Source of the DNA: Deltaproteobacteria bacterium
GTDB taxonomy: Bacteria > Desulfobacterota > Desulfobacteria > Desulfobacterales > UBA2156
NCBI GenBank assembly: GCA_019309485.1
Contig: JAFDGC010000001.1
Span: 81,772-145,771, forward strand
Length of the DNA stretch: 64,000 nt
Reading direction: 5' to 3'
Shown here: positions 10,334 to 21,183 of the stretch, in pieces
Position numbering within the stretch: position 1 is the stretch's first letter
How the letters are laid out: each line of letters opens with the position of its first letter
Translations under genes and position numbers: made by a program
The notes under the pieces: model-generated
Databases searched by the model: none
Seen by the model: the letters and a program-made list of their open reading frames with translations, nothing else
Told to the model about the DNA's origin: nothing

Positions 10334-11499
10334 CGGCCGTTTCTCCCTGTCACGATAAGTTTATTGGGAGAGGCATCAATGTTCATGAGAATCCCGATGG
10401 ACACCATGTTCAAGAGCAGAGAAGAGCCGCCGTAGCTCAAAAAGGGAAGCGCCAGCCCTTTTGTGGGCAAAAGGCCGAGGGTCACCCCCATGTTGATGCA
10501 GACCTGCAATCCAATAGCCACCGTCAAACCGGCAGCCAGATAGGCGCCGAAAGGATCCACCGTCTTTTTAGCGATCCGGGTCCCCCGCCATAAGATCAGA
10601 ACGTAAAGCCCCAGGATGAAAAGGACCCCCCAAAGGCCCAGTTCCTCGCCCACGATGGAGAAGATGAAGTCGGTATGGGGTTCCGGGAGATAAAAGAGTT
10701 TCTGATACCCGTTTCCGATGCCGACCCCCCAAATTCCACCGCTTCCGAAGGCCAGGAGGGAATGGATGATCTGATATCCATCGTCTTTCGGATACGCCCA
10801 AGGGTTCATGAAACTTACCAGGCGGCGGATCCGGTATTGGGCATCCATCATCAAAAAATATGACGCAGGCAAAACCAGAATAAAGGCGCTGCTCAAATGG
10901 ACCAGGCGCACCCCGCCGATGAAGAGCATGACCCAGGTGACCGCACCCAGGATCACCGCCGATCCGAAGTCGGGTTCGCATAAAATAAGCAGGGCGAAGA
11001 CGGAAAATATCAAGGCATGGGGGAGAAACCCCACGGAAAATTCCCGGACCGAATCCCCCTTCTTGCTCAACGAGTAGGCAAGATAGATCACCAGGGCCAA
11101 GCGGGCGAATTCGGAGGGCTGAAACGAAACACTTCCAAACCGAAGCCACCTCGCGCTCCCCCCGGCCGAAAAGCCCCATGGGGTGACATGGATCGCCGCC
11201 AAAAGGACCAGGGCCAAAACTACCAGGGGATACGCTAAAGACCGGTACCAGTGATATGGCACATTCCGGCAGGCCACCAGTGCCACGATGCCCATCAGGG
11301 CGAAAATGCCTTGTTTTTTCAGGAAGAAAAGGTCATTGCCGAATTTTTTTAAAGCCAGGGCGGAACTGGCGCTGTATATCATCACGATCCCGATGCCCAC
11401 CAAAAAAAGAACCGGGAACAAAAGCATCACGTCATAGCCCGCCTTTTGCAGTCGGAATACCGCCTGGTCGGAAGGTTGCATTAGCCGGTTTTCCGTCAT
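10330..11499 (-). CDS. ftsW: SEDS peptidoglycan polymerase FtsW
   Basis: Multiple TM segments; FQPSE, LPEPHTDFIF and LPFLSYGGSS. Confidence 0.97.
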   Translation of the reverse strand: MTENRLMQPSDQAVFRLQKAGYDVMLLFPVLFLVGIGIVMIYSASSALALKKFGNDLFFLKKQGIFALMGIVALVACRNVPYHWYRSLAYPLVVLALVLLAAIHVTPWGFSAGGSARWLRFGSVSFQPSEFARLALVIYLAYSLSKKGDSVREFSVGFLPHALIFSVFALLILCEPDFGSAVILGAVTWVMLFIGGVRLVHLSSAFILVLPASYFLMMDAQYRIRRLVSFMNPWAYPKDDGYQIIHSLLAFGSGGIWGVGIGNGYQKLFYLPEPHTDFIFSIVGEELGLWGVLFILGLYVLILWRGTRIAKKTVDPFGAYLAAGLTVAIGLQVCINMGVTLGLLPTKGLALPFLSYGGSSLLLNMVSIGILMNIDASPNKLIVTGRNGR

Positions 11500-12911
11500 G
11501 ACAATGCCTGAACCGCCTTTCGAAATGTTTCCCCCCGATGGGTATAGTCCGTAAACATGTCAAAACTGGCACACGCCGGGGAGAGCAGCACCACGTCTCC
11601 GGAAAAGGCCGCCCGGAACGCGGCGTCCACCGCGGATGCCATGTCCTTTGCCGTTTCCATGGAAACCGTATCCTCCAGCGCCGCTTGTATCTGCCGGGCC
11701 GCTTCTCCCATGAGAATGACTTTCCGGGCGCAGCGGCGAACCGGCTCCCGGAGCAGGGTAAAATCGCTTCCCTTGTTCCGCCCGCCCATGATCACCACGA
11801 GAGGAGAAGTAAAGGATTCCAGCGCGCACAAAACGGAATAGACGTTGGTGGCTTTGGAATCATTGACAAAGCGAACCCCTTTAATCTCCCCCACGGTTTC
11901 CAGGCGGTGCGGAAGCCCCTTGAAGGAGTTCAGCGCCCCCTGGATTCCCGATGGGACAGCGCCCGCCGCCAGGGCCGCCACACATGCAGCCGCGGCGTTT
12001 TCCTGGCCGTACCGCCCGACAAAACAAGTGCCGGCCAGGTCAAAGGTGGCCTCCAACTCGGGGATTTCTTTTTGATTCTGCGATCTCAACCCGTAGATGA
12101 AGATGCGATCCGAAAAGACCGCGGCCCCGGCTTCGGCTTCGTTGCGCCCCGTAAAAAAGACCCGCCGGCTCGGGATGTCGGCGGTGAGACGCCGGATGAA
12201 CGAATCCGCACCGTTCAACACGGCCGTATCCGATCCTCGCTGGTTTTCGAAAAGCCTTGCCTTGGCTCGGCCATAGGCCGCCAGGTCCGGATACCGGTCC
12301 AGGTGGTCCGGCGTGATGTTCAAAAGGACCCCCACCCGGGGCCGAAATGTCTCAATCGTATCGAGCTGAAAACTGCTCACTTCCACCACCACCGCATCCG
12401 CGCTTTTCCCGTGGACGACATGTTCGATGAGGGGTGAACCGATGTTTCCGCCCACGAACACCTTTTTCCCGGAGTGCCGCAGCATCTCCCCCACAACAGC
12501 GGTGGTGGTTGTTTTTCCATTGGTCCCGGTCACCGCCACAAGGGATTCGGTGACGTACCGGGAAGCGAGTTCCATCTCCCCGGTCACCGGTACCCCGGCC
12601 GCCGTCGCCGCCTGAATGGGGGGGATGGACAGGGGAACCCCGGGACTGATGACCACCAGGTCCGCGGTGATAAATGTCTCTTCCCGGTGTTCTCCCAGTT
12701 GGAGTGTCACGCCCATTCTGCGGCATTGGGCGGGATAGTCCCCGAGGAGGGCTTCATGATGTTGATCCGTCACGGTCACCTTCGCTCTTTGTTTCACCAG
12801 AAACCGGGCCAATGCAATTCCGGTTCGGCCCAATCCCACCACCAGCACCTTTTTATTCATCAGGTTTACCGGGATCGATCGGTTATTTACGGCCATGGCG
12901 GCGTTTTCCAT
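11496..12911 (-). CDS. murD: UDP-MurNAc-L-Ala--D-glutamate ligase
   Basis: GTNGKTTT, GGNIG, EVSSFQL, DHLDRY, NDSKATN and SPACASFD. Confidence 0.98.
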   Translation of the reverse strand: MENAAMAVNNRSIPVNLMNKKVLVVGLGRTGIALARFLVKQRAKVTVTDQHHEALLGDYPAQCRRMGVTLQLGEHREETFITADLVVISPGVPLSIPPIQAATAAGVPVTGEMELASRYVTESLVAVTGTNGKTTTTAVVGEMLRHSGKKVFVGGNIGSPLIEHVVHGKSADAVVVEVSSFQLDTIETFRPRVGVLLNITPDHLDRYPDLAAYGRAKARLFENQRGSDTAVLNGADSFIRRLTADIPSRRVFFTGRNEAEAGAAVFSDRIFIYGLRSQNQKEIPELEATFDLAGTCFVGRYGQENAAAACVAALAAGAVPSGIQGALNSFKGLPHRLETVGEIKGVRFVNDSKATNVYSVLCALESFTSPLVVIMGGRNKGSDFTLLREPVRRCARKVILMGEAARQIQAALEDTVSMETAKDMASAVDAAFRAAFSGDVVLLSPACASFDMFTDYTHRGETFRKAVQALS

Positions 12912-12926
12912 CGGTTCGGATTCCTG

Positions 12927-14006
12927 TCATCTGAGCTTCAAGGTACTCATGGACAAAAGCGCCAGGGCGATGGCGATGATCCAAAACCGCACGATGACCT
13001 TGGGTTCCGGCCATCCCTTGAGTTCAAAGTGGTGATGCAGGGGCGCCATTCGAAAAATTCGACGTCCGTTGGTCATCTTGAAGTATCCCACCTGAAAAAT
13101 CACCGAAAGGGCCTCGATAACGAAAAGTCCGCCCACCAAAACCAAAAGGATCTCCTGTTTGGTGATCACCGCCACGCCCCCCAGTGCGGCCCCCAGAGAA
13201 AGGGATCCCACATCCCCCATGAAAACCTGGGCCGGATAGGTATTGAACCATAAAAAACCGAGGCCTGCCCCGACCAGGGCCCCGCAGAAGACGGTCACTT
13301 CCCCGGAACCGAAAACGTACTTGATCTGAAGGTACTCGGCGATCTTCACGTGCCCGGCGACATAGGCGAAGACCATGTAGGTGGCGGCGGCGATGGTGAC
13401 GGGTCCGATGGCCAATCCATCGAGACCGTCCGTGAGGTTGACGGCATTGGAGGCCCCGGAAATCACCAGCGCGCCGAAAAGAACGGCGAATATTCCCAGG
13501 TCCGGGGTGACGTTTTTAAAAAAGGGGACCGTGATCCGGGTGTCGAAGCCGGGATTCATATAAATCAAACCTGCCGTCAGCAGGGCCGCCGCCGTTTGCA
13601 GCACCAACTTCTGCCTGACGGTGAGTCCCTTATTGAGCTTTTTAACCTGCTTGAGATAGTCGTCGGCGAAACCGATGGCGCCGTAGGCAAGGGTGATGAA
13701 AAGGAGGATCCAGATGTAGGCGTTCGTGAGACTGGCCCAAAGCAAGGTGGAACAGACCACGGCGATCAGGATCAGGATTCCCCCCATGGTGGGGGTGCCG
13801 GCTTTCTGGTGGTGCATGCTCGGGCCGTCTTCCCGGATGTATTGCCCCACCTGGAGGCGGGCCAGTTTCCGGATCACGTAGGGCCCCAAAAGAAAACAGA
13901 TCAAAAAGGCCGTCAGGCTCGCATAAATGGTCCGGAAGGTAATGTACCGGAACACGTTGAATGCGGAGACGTGGGTGTGAAAGGAGTACAAAAGATGGTA
14001 CAGCAT
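12927..14006 (-). CDS. mraY: phospho-MurNAc-pentapeptide transferase
   Basis: [26 protein letters not shown] and APLHHHFE. Confidence 0.99.
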   Translation of the reverse strand: MLYHLLYSFHTHVSAFNVFRYITFRTIYASLTAFLICFLLGPYVIRKLARLQVGQYIREDGPSMHHQKAGTPTMGGILILIAVVCSTLLWASLTNAYIWILLFITLAYGAIGFADDYLKQVKKLNKGLTVRQKLVLQTAAALLTAGLIYMNPGFDTRITVPFFKNVTPDLGIFAVLFGALVISGASNAVNLTDGLDGLAIGPVTIAAATYMVFAYVAGHVKIAEYLQIKYVFGSGEVTVFCGALVGAGLGFLWFNTYPAQVFMGDVGSLSLGAALGGVAVITKQEILLVLVGGLFVIEALSVIFQVGYFKMTNGRRIFRMAPLHHHFELKGWPEPKVIVRFWIIAIALALLSMSTLKLR

Positions 14007-14007
14007 G

Positions 14008-15495
14008 CTATTCGGCCTTCTTTCTCTTTGCCGGAGGGTTTTCGGATCGTGCCCCGTCTTTTTGGACCCACGCTTTCAGCGCCTGGACCACTGTCTCCAT
14101 GGCCATGCCCCGGGATCCCTTCACGAGGACCCAATCCCCGGGTTTCAGGCGGGGAAACAGATCCGCCGCCACGGCGTCCTTGGTTCCGGCGAACACCGCT
14201 TCTTCCGGCATTCCCGCCGCCACCGCGCCCGCCGCCATGGCGGGCGCAAAGCGCCCGGCGGCATAGAGACGATGGGCCCCTGCATCCTCGGCATGGGCGC
14301 CGATGAGACGATGTAATTCTTCCGAATGAATCCCGAGTTCGAGCATGTCCCCCAACACCAGGATGCCGCGGCCTTTTTTCCCTTTCAATCGCATGAGGGT
14401 GTCGATGGCCGCCTTCACGGATCCGGGATTGGCGTTGTAGGTGTCGTCAATGAGACCGATGCGGCCGGCGAGCACCGTAACGGCCATCCGCCCTTTTTCC
14501 GGAACGAACGCCTCCAGGCCGTTCCGGATGCGCTCCGGGGAAAGCCCCGCAAGAAAACCCACTGCCGCCGCACCCAGGGCGTTTGAAACCATGAATTTCC
14601 CCGGGGTGGGGAGCCTCACGGGAATCTGCGTTCCGGCCACGTGCAAATCGAACCGTACGCTCTGACGGGACTCCCGAACCGCTGTCGCCCGAATCGCGGC
14701 GGGTTTCCGGCTACCGTAAGGGAGCACGCGGCAGGCGGCACGGTCCGAAAGTGTCAATACATTGGAATCATCGGCATTGAGGACCGCTGTCCCGCCCCTT
14801 TGGATATGCGCCAGGAGCTCGGCCTTGGCCGCCGCCACCCCCTCCACGGAACCCACCCCTTCCAGATGCGCCGGTGCGATGTTGGTGATCACTCCGATGT
14901 TCGGCGCGCAGATCGCCGCCAGGCGCCCGATTTCTCCGGGATGATTCATTCCCAGTTCCACCACCGCCCATTGGTGCTCGGGGGAAAGGTTCAACAGTGT
15001 CAGCGGCACCCCGATTTCATTATTGTAATTTCCGAGAGCCGACAGGGTCGAAAATTTCTGCCGGATCACTTCCGCGGTCATTTTTCGTGTGGTGGTCTTC
15101 CCGTTAGATCCGGTGATGGCCGCCACTTTACCGTTCCAGCGGCGCCGGTGGTGGGCCGCCAGTGCCCCCAGGGCGCGGGTCGTATCCGGAACCGAAACAC
15201 AAAAGATCCCCTGATCTCTGAACCGCTGAAGCGGAAGCCGTCGCACAGACCGTCTTTCCACAAGGACGCCGGAAGCCCCCTTTTCCACCGCCCGGACGAC
15301 AAACCGATGCCCGTCGAACCGTCCCCCTACGAGCGCCACGAACAGCTGTCCGGAGGCAATATGCCGGGAATCGGTGGAAACGCCGGAGAACCGCTGCCGT
15401 GTGCTTCCCGACAGTAATGTCCCGCCGGTTGCCTCAAGAACCCGGGAACCGGTCCAGATATAGACAAACCCTTTTTTCCCTTCCGGCACCGTCAC
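14008..15495 (-). CDS. murF: UDP-MurNAc-tripeptide--D-Ala-D-Ala ligase
   Basis: [40 protein letters not shown] and VKGSRG. Confidence 0.98.
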   Translation of the reverse strand: MTVPEGKKGFVYIWTGSRVLEATGGTLLSGSTRQRFSGVSTDSRHIASGQLFVALVGGRFDGHRFVVRAVEKGASGVLVERRSVRRLPLQRFRDQGIFCVSVPDTTRALGALAAHHRRRWNGKVAAITGSNGKTTTRKMTAEVIRQKFSTLSALGNYNNEIGVPLTLLNLSPEHQWAVVELGMNHPGEIGRLAAICAPNIGVITNIAPAHLEGVGSVEGVAAAKAELLAHIQRGGTAVLNADDSNVLTLSDRAACRVLPYGSRKPAAIRATAVRESRQSVRFDLHVAGTQIPVRLPTPGKFMVSNALGAAAVGFLAGLSPERIRNGLEAFVPEKGRMAVTVLAGRIGLIDDTYNANPGSVKAAIDTLMRLKGKKGRGILVLGDMLELGIHSEELHRLIGAHAEDAGAHRLYAAGRFAPAMAAGAVAAGMPEEAVFAGTKDAVAADLFPRLKPGDWVLVKGSRGMAMETVVQALKAWVQKDGARSENPPAKRKKAE

Positions 15496-17039
15496 ATGGC
15501 CTCCGCTTTTTCAGGATCCATGGACAAGGCCCCCGCGGCTTCTTCCCGGTCGTCGAAATGCACTGTCTTTTCTCCACGAATTTGATAGGTTTCGTGTCCT
15601 TTTCCCGCGATGAGAACCGCATCTCCGGGGCGGGCCGTCCGGATTCCCAATCGGATGGCTTTTCTTCGATCGGGCTCGACCATAAATTCGCCCCTGTCCG
15701 GAACCAAGGAATTCAAAGAATCCCTTTCCCGGGGACACGTCTTCACGAGTCCTTCTTTGATCTCCCGGATGATGGCCATGGGGTCCTCTTTCCGAGGGTT
15801 GTCCGAAGTCAAAATGACCACATCGGAAAATCTTCCCGCGATTTCCCCCATGAGGGGCCGTTTTTTCCGGTCCCGGTTTCCGCCGCATCCAAAAACGGTA
15901 ATCACCCTTTTGGGATTCAGGGCCCGCATCGCCTTGAGTGCGTTTTCCAGGGCATCCGGAGTATGGGCATAGTCGATGATCACATGGCGGCCGGCCGGAT
16001 CCGGTATCGTCTCGAAGCGGCCGGGAATGGGTCCGAGGGTTTCCAGCCCGTCCCGGATCGTCTCCAGGGAAAATCCCAGCGCAATGCCCACACCCGCGGC
16101 GCAAAGGAGGTTTTCCAGGTTATGCCTCCCGATGAGGGCGGAGTTGAGTTCAAAGGCGCCCGCCGGCGTGTGAATCACGGCCCTTATTCCGGAGATGTCC
16201 GACCGGAGACACTCTGCCCAGACCGCGTTTTCGGGATCCGATCCCACGCCGATGCCGGCACCGGGAAATTGCTTCAGAAGGGTTTTTCCCCGGGGGTCGT
16301 TGCAGTTGAAGACCGCAACGGCCCGGTCCTTCTTGGGACCCTGTTGCAGCAATTCCATGAAGAGGCGTTTCTTGGCGGCCCAGTAATCTTCCATATCCCG
16401 GTGGAAGTCGAGATGATCCCGGCTCAAATTGGTAAAGACCCCCACGTCCATCAAGCAGTCGTCCACCCGGGAAAGGGCGAGGGCATGGGAGGACACCTCC
16501 ATCACCGCATGGGTGACGCCTCTTTCCCGCATATCCGAAAGCATCCGCTGGAGATCGACCGATTCCGGAGTGGTCAGGGGGCTGTTCAGATGCTGACCGG
16601 CGTACCGGGAATAGATGGTTCCCAGGAGTCCCGCGGAATACCCGGCGTTTTGGAACAGGTTTTCCACCAGGTGGGCTGTCGTCGTCTTCCCGTTGGTTCC
16701 TGTGATGCCGACCAAGGTCATACTCCCGGAGGGATTCCCGAAAAATTCGGCGGAAGCACCGGAAAGGGCCTTGCGGGTATTGTTCACCAGGAAACACGGC
16801 GCATCGATGGCAACGGGCGTTTCCACCACCACTGCGGCGGCTCCGCGCTCAATGGCGATGGGAATGTAATCATGCCCGTCGGCGCTTTGTCCCTTGAGGG
16901 CAAAAAACATGCCCCCCTCTTTTACTTCCTGTGCGCGGTAATGGATGCCCTGGATATCGATTGCATCTCCCATCGGTGTACCCATCCGTTGAATCGTCTG
17001 GGCGGCGGCGATTCTTTGAATTAACCGGGAAAGGATCAA
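15492..17039 (-). CDS. murE: UDP-MurNAc-dipeptide--meso-DAP ligase
   Basis: GTNGKTTT, TTPE, MEVSSH, DYAHTPD, DNPR (DAP-specific motif) and AGKGHE. Confidence 0.98.
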   Translation of the reverse strand: MILSRLIQRIAAAQTIQRMGTPMGDAIDIQGIHYRAQEVKEGGMFFALKGQSADGHDYIPIAIERGAAAVVVETPVAIDAPCFLVNNTRKALSGASAEFFGNPSGSMTLVGITGTNGKTTTAHLVENLFQNAGYSAGLLGTIYSRYAGQHLNSPLTTPESVDLQRMLSDMRERGVTHAVMEVSSHALALSRVDDCLMDVGVFTNLSRDHLDFHRDMEDYWAAKKRLFMELLQQGPKKDRAVAVFNCNDPRGKTLLKQFPGAGIGVGSDPENAVWAECLRSDISGIRAVIHTPAGAFELNSALIGRHNLENLLCAAGVGIALGFSLETIRDGLETLGPIPGRFETIPDPAGRHVIIDYAHTPDALENALKAMRALNPKRVITVFGCGGNRDRKKRPLMGEIAGRFSDVVILTSDNPRKEDPMAIIREIKEGLVKTCPRERDSLNSLVPDRGEFMVEPDRRKAIRLGIRTARPGDAVLIAGKGHETYQIRGEKTVHFDDREEAAGALSMDPEKAEAM

Positions 17040-18772
17040 CCCGCCTCCTCGAAATGCACCCTGGCCGTCATCCCCTTCGGTTCCACATCCGGCGGGACCT
17101 TCAGGTATCCCAGCGTCTCCTGGACGATCCGGCGGAAGGCAGGCGCTGCCACGGTGCCGCCGTAATGGGCTTTCTTGGGTTCATCCACCACCACCAAAAC
17201 CGCAATCCGGGGGGTTTGCACCGGGGCAAAGCCGACAAAAGAGGATGTATACCGGCCCCGGGCGTATCCGCCCTTTGGATCCACTTTCTGCGCTGTTCCG
17301 GTCTTGCCGCACACGGAATACCCTTCCGGGACGGCCTTTTTTCCGGTTCCCTCGTCCGCCACAACGGCTTGCATCATCTTTGTGATTTCCCGGGCGGTCT
17401 TTGCGGAAATCGTCCGTCGGACCTTCCGGGGTCCGAAGGTGGTCAGGAGCCTCCCGTCTTTATTGGTGATACCCATGACCAGATAGGGCTTCATCAGGAC
17501 ACCGTCGTTGGCGATGGCGGAAACCGCGGTGATCAACTGCAGGGCGGAAACGGAAATTCCCTGTCCAAATGCAATGACCGCCGCGTCGATCTTTTTCCAT
17601 TTTTGAAAAGGTGCCATCATGCCCGGTGTCTCGCCGGGACAGTCGACACCGGTCTTTTCACCGAAACCGAAGGCCCTGAGGGTTTGGTAGAGGGCTTCGG
17701 GGCCGATGGTTTGACTCACCTTGACCGCCCCGATATTGCTTGAATACCGGACGACATCCTTGAGGGTCATCCATCCGTGGGGATGGGTGTCGTGAATGAT
17801 GTGTTTCCCCACCCGGTAGGTGCCGTTTTCACCAAAAAAAATAGAGCTCTTGGAAACGGTTCCGGTCTCAAGGGCCGCTGCCGCGGTGAAAATCTTCATG
17901 GTGGACCCGGGCTCAAAGTTGTCCGTCACCGCGCGGTTGCGCCAGGTATGCTGGCTGAAGGATTGAAAGTCGTTGGGGTTGAGGAAAGGGTAGTGTGCCA
18001 TGGCCAGGATCTGACCGGTGGCCGGTTCCATGACCAGGGCAAGTCCGGATTTGGCCGAAAATTCCTCCACCGCTTCTTTCAGCGTGCTCTCCGCGATGTA
18101 CTGAATCGTCCTGTCAAGGGTTAAGACCAGATTATTTCCGTTGAAGTCTTGGTCCTTCGTGACACCGTCTTCCAGATTACGGCCCAGGGCATCCTTGATC
18201 ACGTGGAACTCACCGTTTTCCCCCCGCAGATACCGATCGTAATAAAATTCGATTCCTTCCAAACCACGGCCGTCGATTCCTGAAAATCCGATGACCTGGG
18301 CGGCCAGGGTCCGGTTGGGGTAGAACCGACTGTGCTCCGGAATGAAATCGATCCCTTCAATTTGAAGGGCCTTGACGTCGAGGGTTTCCCGGGGGGATAC
18401 TTGTCGTTTTATCCAAACGAAATTTTTCTCCGAAGACAACTTTTGGGCCAATCCCTTGCGCTCGAGTTGAAGCGTTTTGGCCAAGGTGGGAACGAGCCTC
18501 CGGGTTTCCCGGATGGTTCCTGGATACGCCGCGATGGAAGGCAGTTCGTTCGTCACCGCCAGTTCCGCGTAATTGCGATCGTAAATGGTGCCTCGTTTCC
18601 CCCTTGAAACAAGAGACTTCTGATATTGATGGGAGGCTTTCTGGGAGAGTGTGGTACTGCAAAAGGCCTGGAGATAAACCGCCCTCGCCGCAAGGGCAGC
18701 GACGAAAACGGCGAAAAGGCATCCCACCAGGGTAATCCGAAGCCCGATCTTGTTTTTGACCTTTGATTTCAT
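17036..18772 (-). CDS. ftsI: penicillin-binding protein 3 (FtsI)
   Basis: RGTIYDRN, EPGSTMK (SxxK), SSN and KTGTAQ. ATG at 18772 overlaps the ftsL stop; the extension to 19015 is not credible. Confidence 0.96.
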   Translation of the reverse strand: MKSKVKNKIGLRITLVGCLFAVFVAALAARAVYLQAFCSTTLSQKASHQYQKSLVSRGKRGTIYDRNYAELAVTNELPSIAAYPGTIRETRRLVPTLAKTLQLERKGLAQKLSSEKNFVWIKRQVSPRETLDVKALQIEGIDFIPEHSRFYPNRTLAAQVIGFSGIDGRGLEGIEFYYDRYLRGENGEFHVIKDALGRNLEDGVTKDQDFNGNNLVLTLDRTIQYIAESTLKEAVEEFSAKSGLALVMEPATGQILAMAHYPFLNPNDFQSFSQHTWRNRAVTDNFEPGSTMKIFTAAAALETGTVSKSSIFFGENGTYRVGKHIIHDTHPHGWMTLKDVVRYSSNIGAVKVSQTIGPEALYQTLRAFGFGEKTGVDCPGETPGMMAPFQKWKKIDAAVIAFGQGISVSALQLITAVSAIANDGVLMKPYLVMGITNKDGRLLTTFGPRKVRRTISAKTAREITKMMQAVVADEGTGKKAVPEGYSVCGKTGTAQKVDPKGGYARGRYTSSFVGFAPVQTPRIAVLVVVDEPKKAHYGGTVAAPAFRRIVQETLGYLKVPPDVEPKGMTARVHFEEAG

Positions 18773-19068
18773 GGGAGCAGCATCACCTGCTCGGGTGCGG
18801 GCATTTGCAGCCCAAACCGTTTTTGCATCATCTCCGAAAGCCGCTGGGGAGAGCGGAGATGGGCCAACTCGATGGTCAGGTCCTTTTCCAACTTGACGAG
18901 TTCCTTTTGCCGTTCCATGGCCACGGAAATTTCGTAACCCACCTTCATGGACTGCACGCGGCACCATGTATAGAAAAACAGCTCCGCCACTAAGAAACTC
19001 AGGATCACCAGCCAAGGGATCACGACGGTCCCTCTTTCTTTTTGTTTTTTGGAAATACGTTCAGGCAA
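18769..19068 (-). CDS. ftsL: cell division protein FtsL
   Basis: Short basic N-terminus, TM segment and heptad coiled coil; between rsmH and ftsI. Confidence 0.85.
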   Translation of the reverse strand: MPERISKKQKERGTVVIPWLVILSFLVAELFFYTWCRVQSMKVGYEISVAMERQKELVKLEKDLTIELAHLRSPQRLSEMMQKRFGLQMPAPEQVMLLP

Positions 19069-20053
19069 CGGTTTTTCCCTTTTGGGTGTTCTTTTCCTTC
19101 ATGAATACTTCCCGGTCGATTTTTTCGGCGACCCTCAACCGAGCGCTCCGGGCCATGGGGTTTTCGCGGACCTCCGCCTCCGAGGGCCGGACGGGTCTTT
19201 TGGTGAGCACGCGGAAAACAGGTTCCCGATGACACGTGCATCGGGGAAAATCCGGCGGACAGGTGCAGGGATGTTCGAGTGCTTTGAAGCGGGTCTTGAC
19301 CATCCGGTCCTCCAGGGAATGGAAGGAGAGGATGCAAATCCTGCCCGACGGGCTGAGCCAGTCGACGATTTCTTCCAAAAAAGTGTTTAAATTTTCCAGT
19401 TCGGCGTTGACGGCGATACGCAGCGCCATGAAGACCCGCGTGGCCGGATGGATTCTTCGATGGGCCGTTTTCCGGGCAGGGACGGCCTGGGAGACAATCC
19501 GGGAAAGCTCGAGGCTGGTGCGAATCCGGCGGGTTGCCCTCACAGACACGATGCGTTTGGCGATTTTTTTGGCCCATCGTTCCTCACCGAATTCTTTCAA
19601 CAACGCCGCTAGTTCGTCCTCCGGTAAATCATTGACCAGATCTTCGGCTCTCATCGTGCTTCGGTCATCCATCCGCATGTCCAGCGGCTCGTCCTTGCTG
19701 AAACTGAAGCCTCTTCCGGCGAATTCGAGTTGTTGCAGGGAAACGCCCAGATCGAGAAGGATGCCGTCGACGGCCGGGACGTTCAATTGCTGGAGACATT
19801 CGGGAAGGCGGGTGAAATTGCCGTGAAAGAGATGAATGCGGCCTTTAAAGGGCGCGAGGACGTTTCGGGCATGGGAGATGGCGTCCCGGTCCCGATCGAT
19901 GCCAATGAAGAGCCCATCCGAGGGAAGGGACTTCAAAAGGGCCGTTGCATGTCCGCTGCCGCCGAGGGTGCAGTCGGCGAAAACGCGTCCCTGTCCGGGT
20001 TTCAGATAATGAAGGACCTCTCGGGTCATGACGGGAACGTGGTGAAACGACAT
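19061..20053 (-). CDS. rsmH: 16S rRNA m4C1402 methyltransferase
   Basis: HVPV, DCTLGGSGH, LDLGVS, RGFSF, LDMRM, SFHSLEDR and ARSARLR. Confidence 0.98.
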   Translation of the reverse strand: MSFHHVPVMTREVLHYLKPGQGRVFADCTLGGSGHATALLKSLPSDGLFIGIDRDRDAISHARNVLAPFKGRIHLFHGNFTRLPECLQQLNVPAVDGILLDLGVSLQQLEFAGRGFSFSKDEPLDMRMDDRSTMRAEDLVNDLPEDELAALLKEFGEERWAKKIAKRIVSVRATRRIRTSLELSRIVSQAVPARKTAHRRIHPATRVFMALRIAVNAELENLNTFLEEIVDWLSPSGRICILSFHSLEDRMVKTRFKALEHPCTCPPDFPRCTCHREPVFRVLTKRPVRPSEAEVRENPMARSARLRVAEKIDREVFMKEKNTQKGKTVA

Positions 20054-20056
20054 CGA

Positions 20057-20503
20057 CTATATTCCTAACTTGGCAATTTCGTTCCGGACCTCCTCCTTTT
20101 TCATGTCTTGTTCCATTTCGACGTTTTCTTTATCCCAGTTTGCCCGGGACCAGATCTCAAAATGATCCAGAACGCCCACCAGGACCACATCCTTTTCGAT
20201 CCCCGCATATTGTCGTAAAAGAGGAGGGATCAGCATGCGTCCCTGCCTGTCGAAGGGGCAATCCGAGGCCCCGCCGATGAACACGCGCCGGAACCGGCGC
20301 ATGTTATCGCTGGTCTCGGCCAAGGAGAGAATCTTGGCCTCCACCTTCTTCCATTCTTCGAAGGTATACGCATGAAGGCATTTGTCCAGCCGCGACAGCA
20401 TCAAGCGGTCCGCCCCGCTGTTTCCGATCACTTCCCGGAACCGTGCGGGGATCACCAACCGGCCTTTATCGTCAACGGTATGAAAGGAGCTTCCTCTGAA
20501 CAT
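20057..20503 (-). CDS. mraZ: division/cell wall cluster repressor MraZ
   Basis: MFRG start, two DxxGR motifs (DDKGRLVIP, DRQGRMLIP) and FEIW; first gene of the dcw cluster. Confidence 0.97.
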   Translation of the reverse strand: MFRGSSFHTVDDKGRLVIPARFREVIGNSGADRLMLSRLDKCLHAYTFEEWKKVEAKILSLAETSDNMRRFRRVFIGGASDCPFDRQGRMLIPPLLRQYAGIEKDVVLVGVLDHFEIWSRANWDKENVEMEQDMKKEEVRNEIAKLGI

Positions 20504-20507
20504 GCTT

Positions 20508-20536
20508 CCACCATTTTTTCCCACTTTATACCACTG
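20508..20536 (-). promoter_or_regulatory. MraZ-box repeats (GTGG-like units at 10-bp period)
   Basis: Minus strand reads AGTGGTATAA AGTGGGAAAA AATGGTGGAAGC-ATG directly upstream of mraZ. Confidence 0.65.
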
Positions 20537-20542
20537 TTGCGC

Positions 20543-20571
20543 ATAAAAACCGATTTTTTATACAATGTCAA
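20543..20571 (-). promoter_or_regulatory. sigma70-type promoter of the dcw operon
   Basis: TTGACA-17bp-TTTTAT on the minus strand. Confidence 0.55.
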
Positions 20572-20802
20572 GGAAAAAATCCTTTTCCAAGTAGATATTT
20601 TTTACAATAATTCGATTAGTTAAATTCATCCCGCGTCGTTTTGAAAAAAGTGGAGGAATGTGGTGATCAAACTGAAAAAGCCGCGCATCCGACAGGCAAT
20701 TTTCAAAACATCGATGTGTCTCATTTACAGAACCTCCGGTTCCTGCTAAAAGGCGGGCGAATATGGACTCTATTTCAGGAACCGTGGTGCAAAGGGGGCG
20801 TT

Positions 20803-21159
20803 TTGGAAGAAGAGAAAAAAGAAAAATCCAAAAAAGACCCGGATTGGGAAAACCGGAGACTTTGCGTGGATGGCGCCTGCATCGGTGTCATCGGCCCGGA
20901 CGGGTACTGCAAAGAATGCGGAAAACCCGAAGATCCGGAAATGCCGGAGGCCCGGATCCGGGAAGCCGAAGACGCCGATGTCGATTCTTTTCCCGAGTCC
21001 CCATCGGCGCCCGAATCCGAAAGCCAAGAAAACGGATCCACGTTGGATGCCTATTGGAAAAACAGGAGGCTTTGTGCCGATGAGGCCTGCATCGGTGTCA
21101 TCGGCCCGGACGGGTACTGCAAAGAATGCGGAAAACCCGAAACCCCTTCCACCGGGTGA
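20803..21159 (+). CDS. hypothetical protein with two Cys4 repeats (WxNRRLCxDxACIGVIGPDGYCKECG)
   Basis: Duplicated motif separated by an acidic linker. TTG at 20803 follows AGGGGG; the ORF is open from 20641. Confidence 0.75.
   Translation: MEEEKKEKSKKDPDWENRRLCVDGACIGVIGPDGYCKECGKPEDPEMPEARIREAEDADVDSFPESPSAPESESQENGSTLDAYWKNRRLCADEACIGVIGPDGYCKECGKPETPSTG
20875..21141 (+). repeat. 57-bp perfect direct repeat (20875-20931 and 21085-21141)
   Basis: gcctgcatcggtgtcatcggcccggacgggtactgcaaagaatgcggaaaacccgaa occurs twice, 210 bp apart. Confidence 0.95.
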
Positions 21160-21183
21160 ACCGTGAATATCAAGGAGGCGTTC

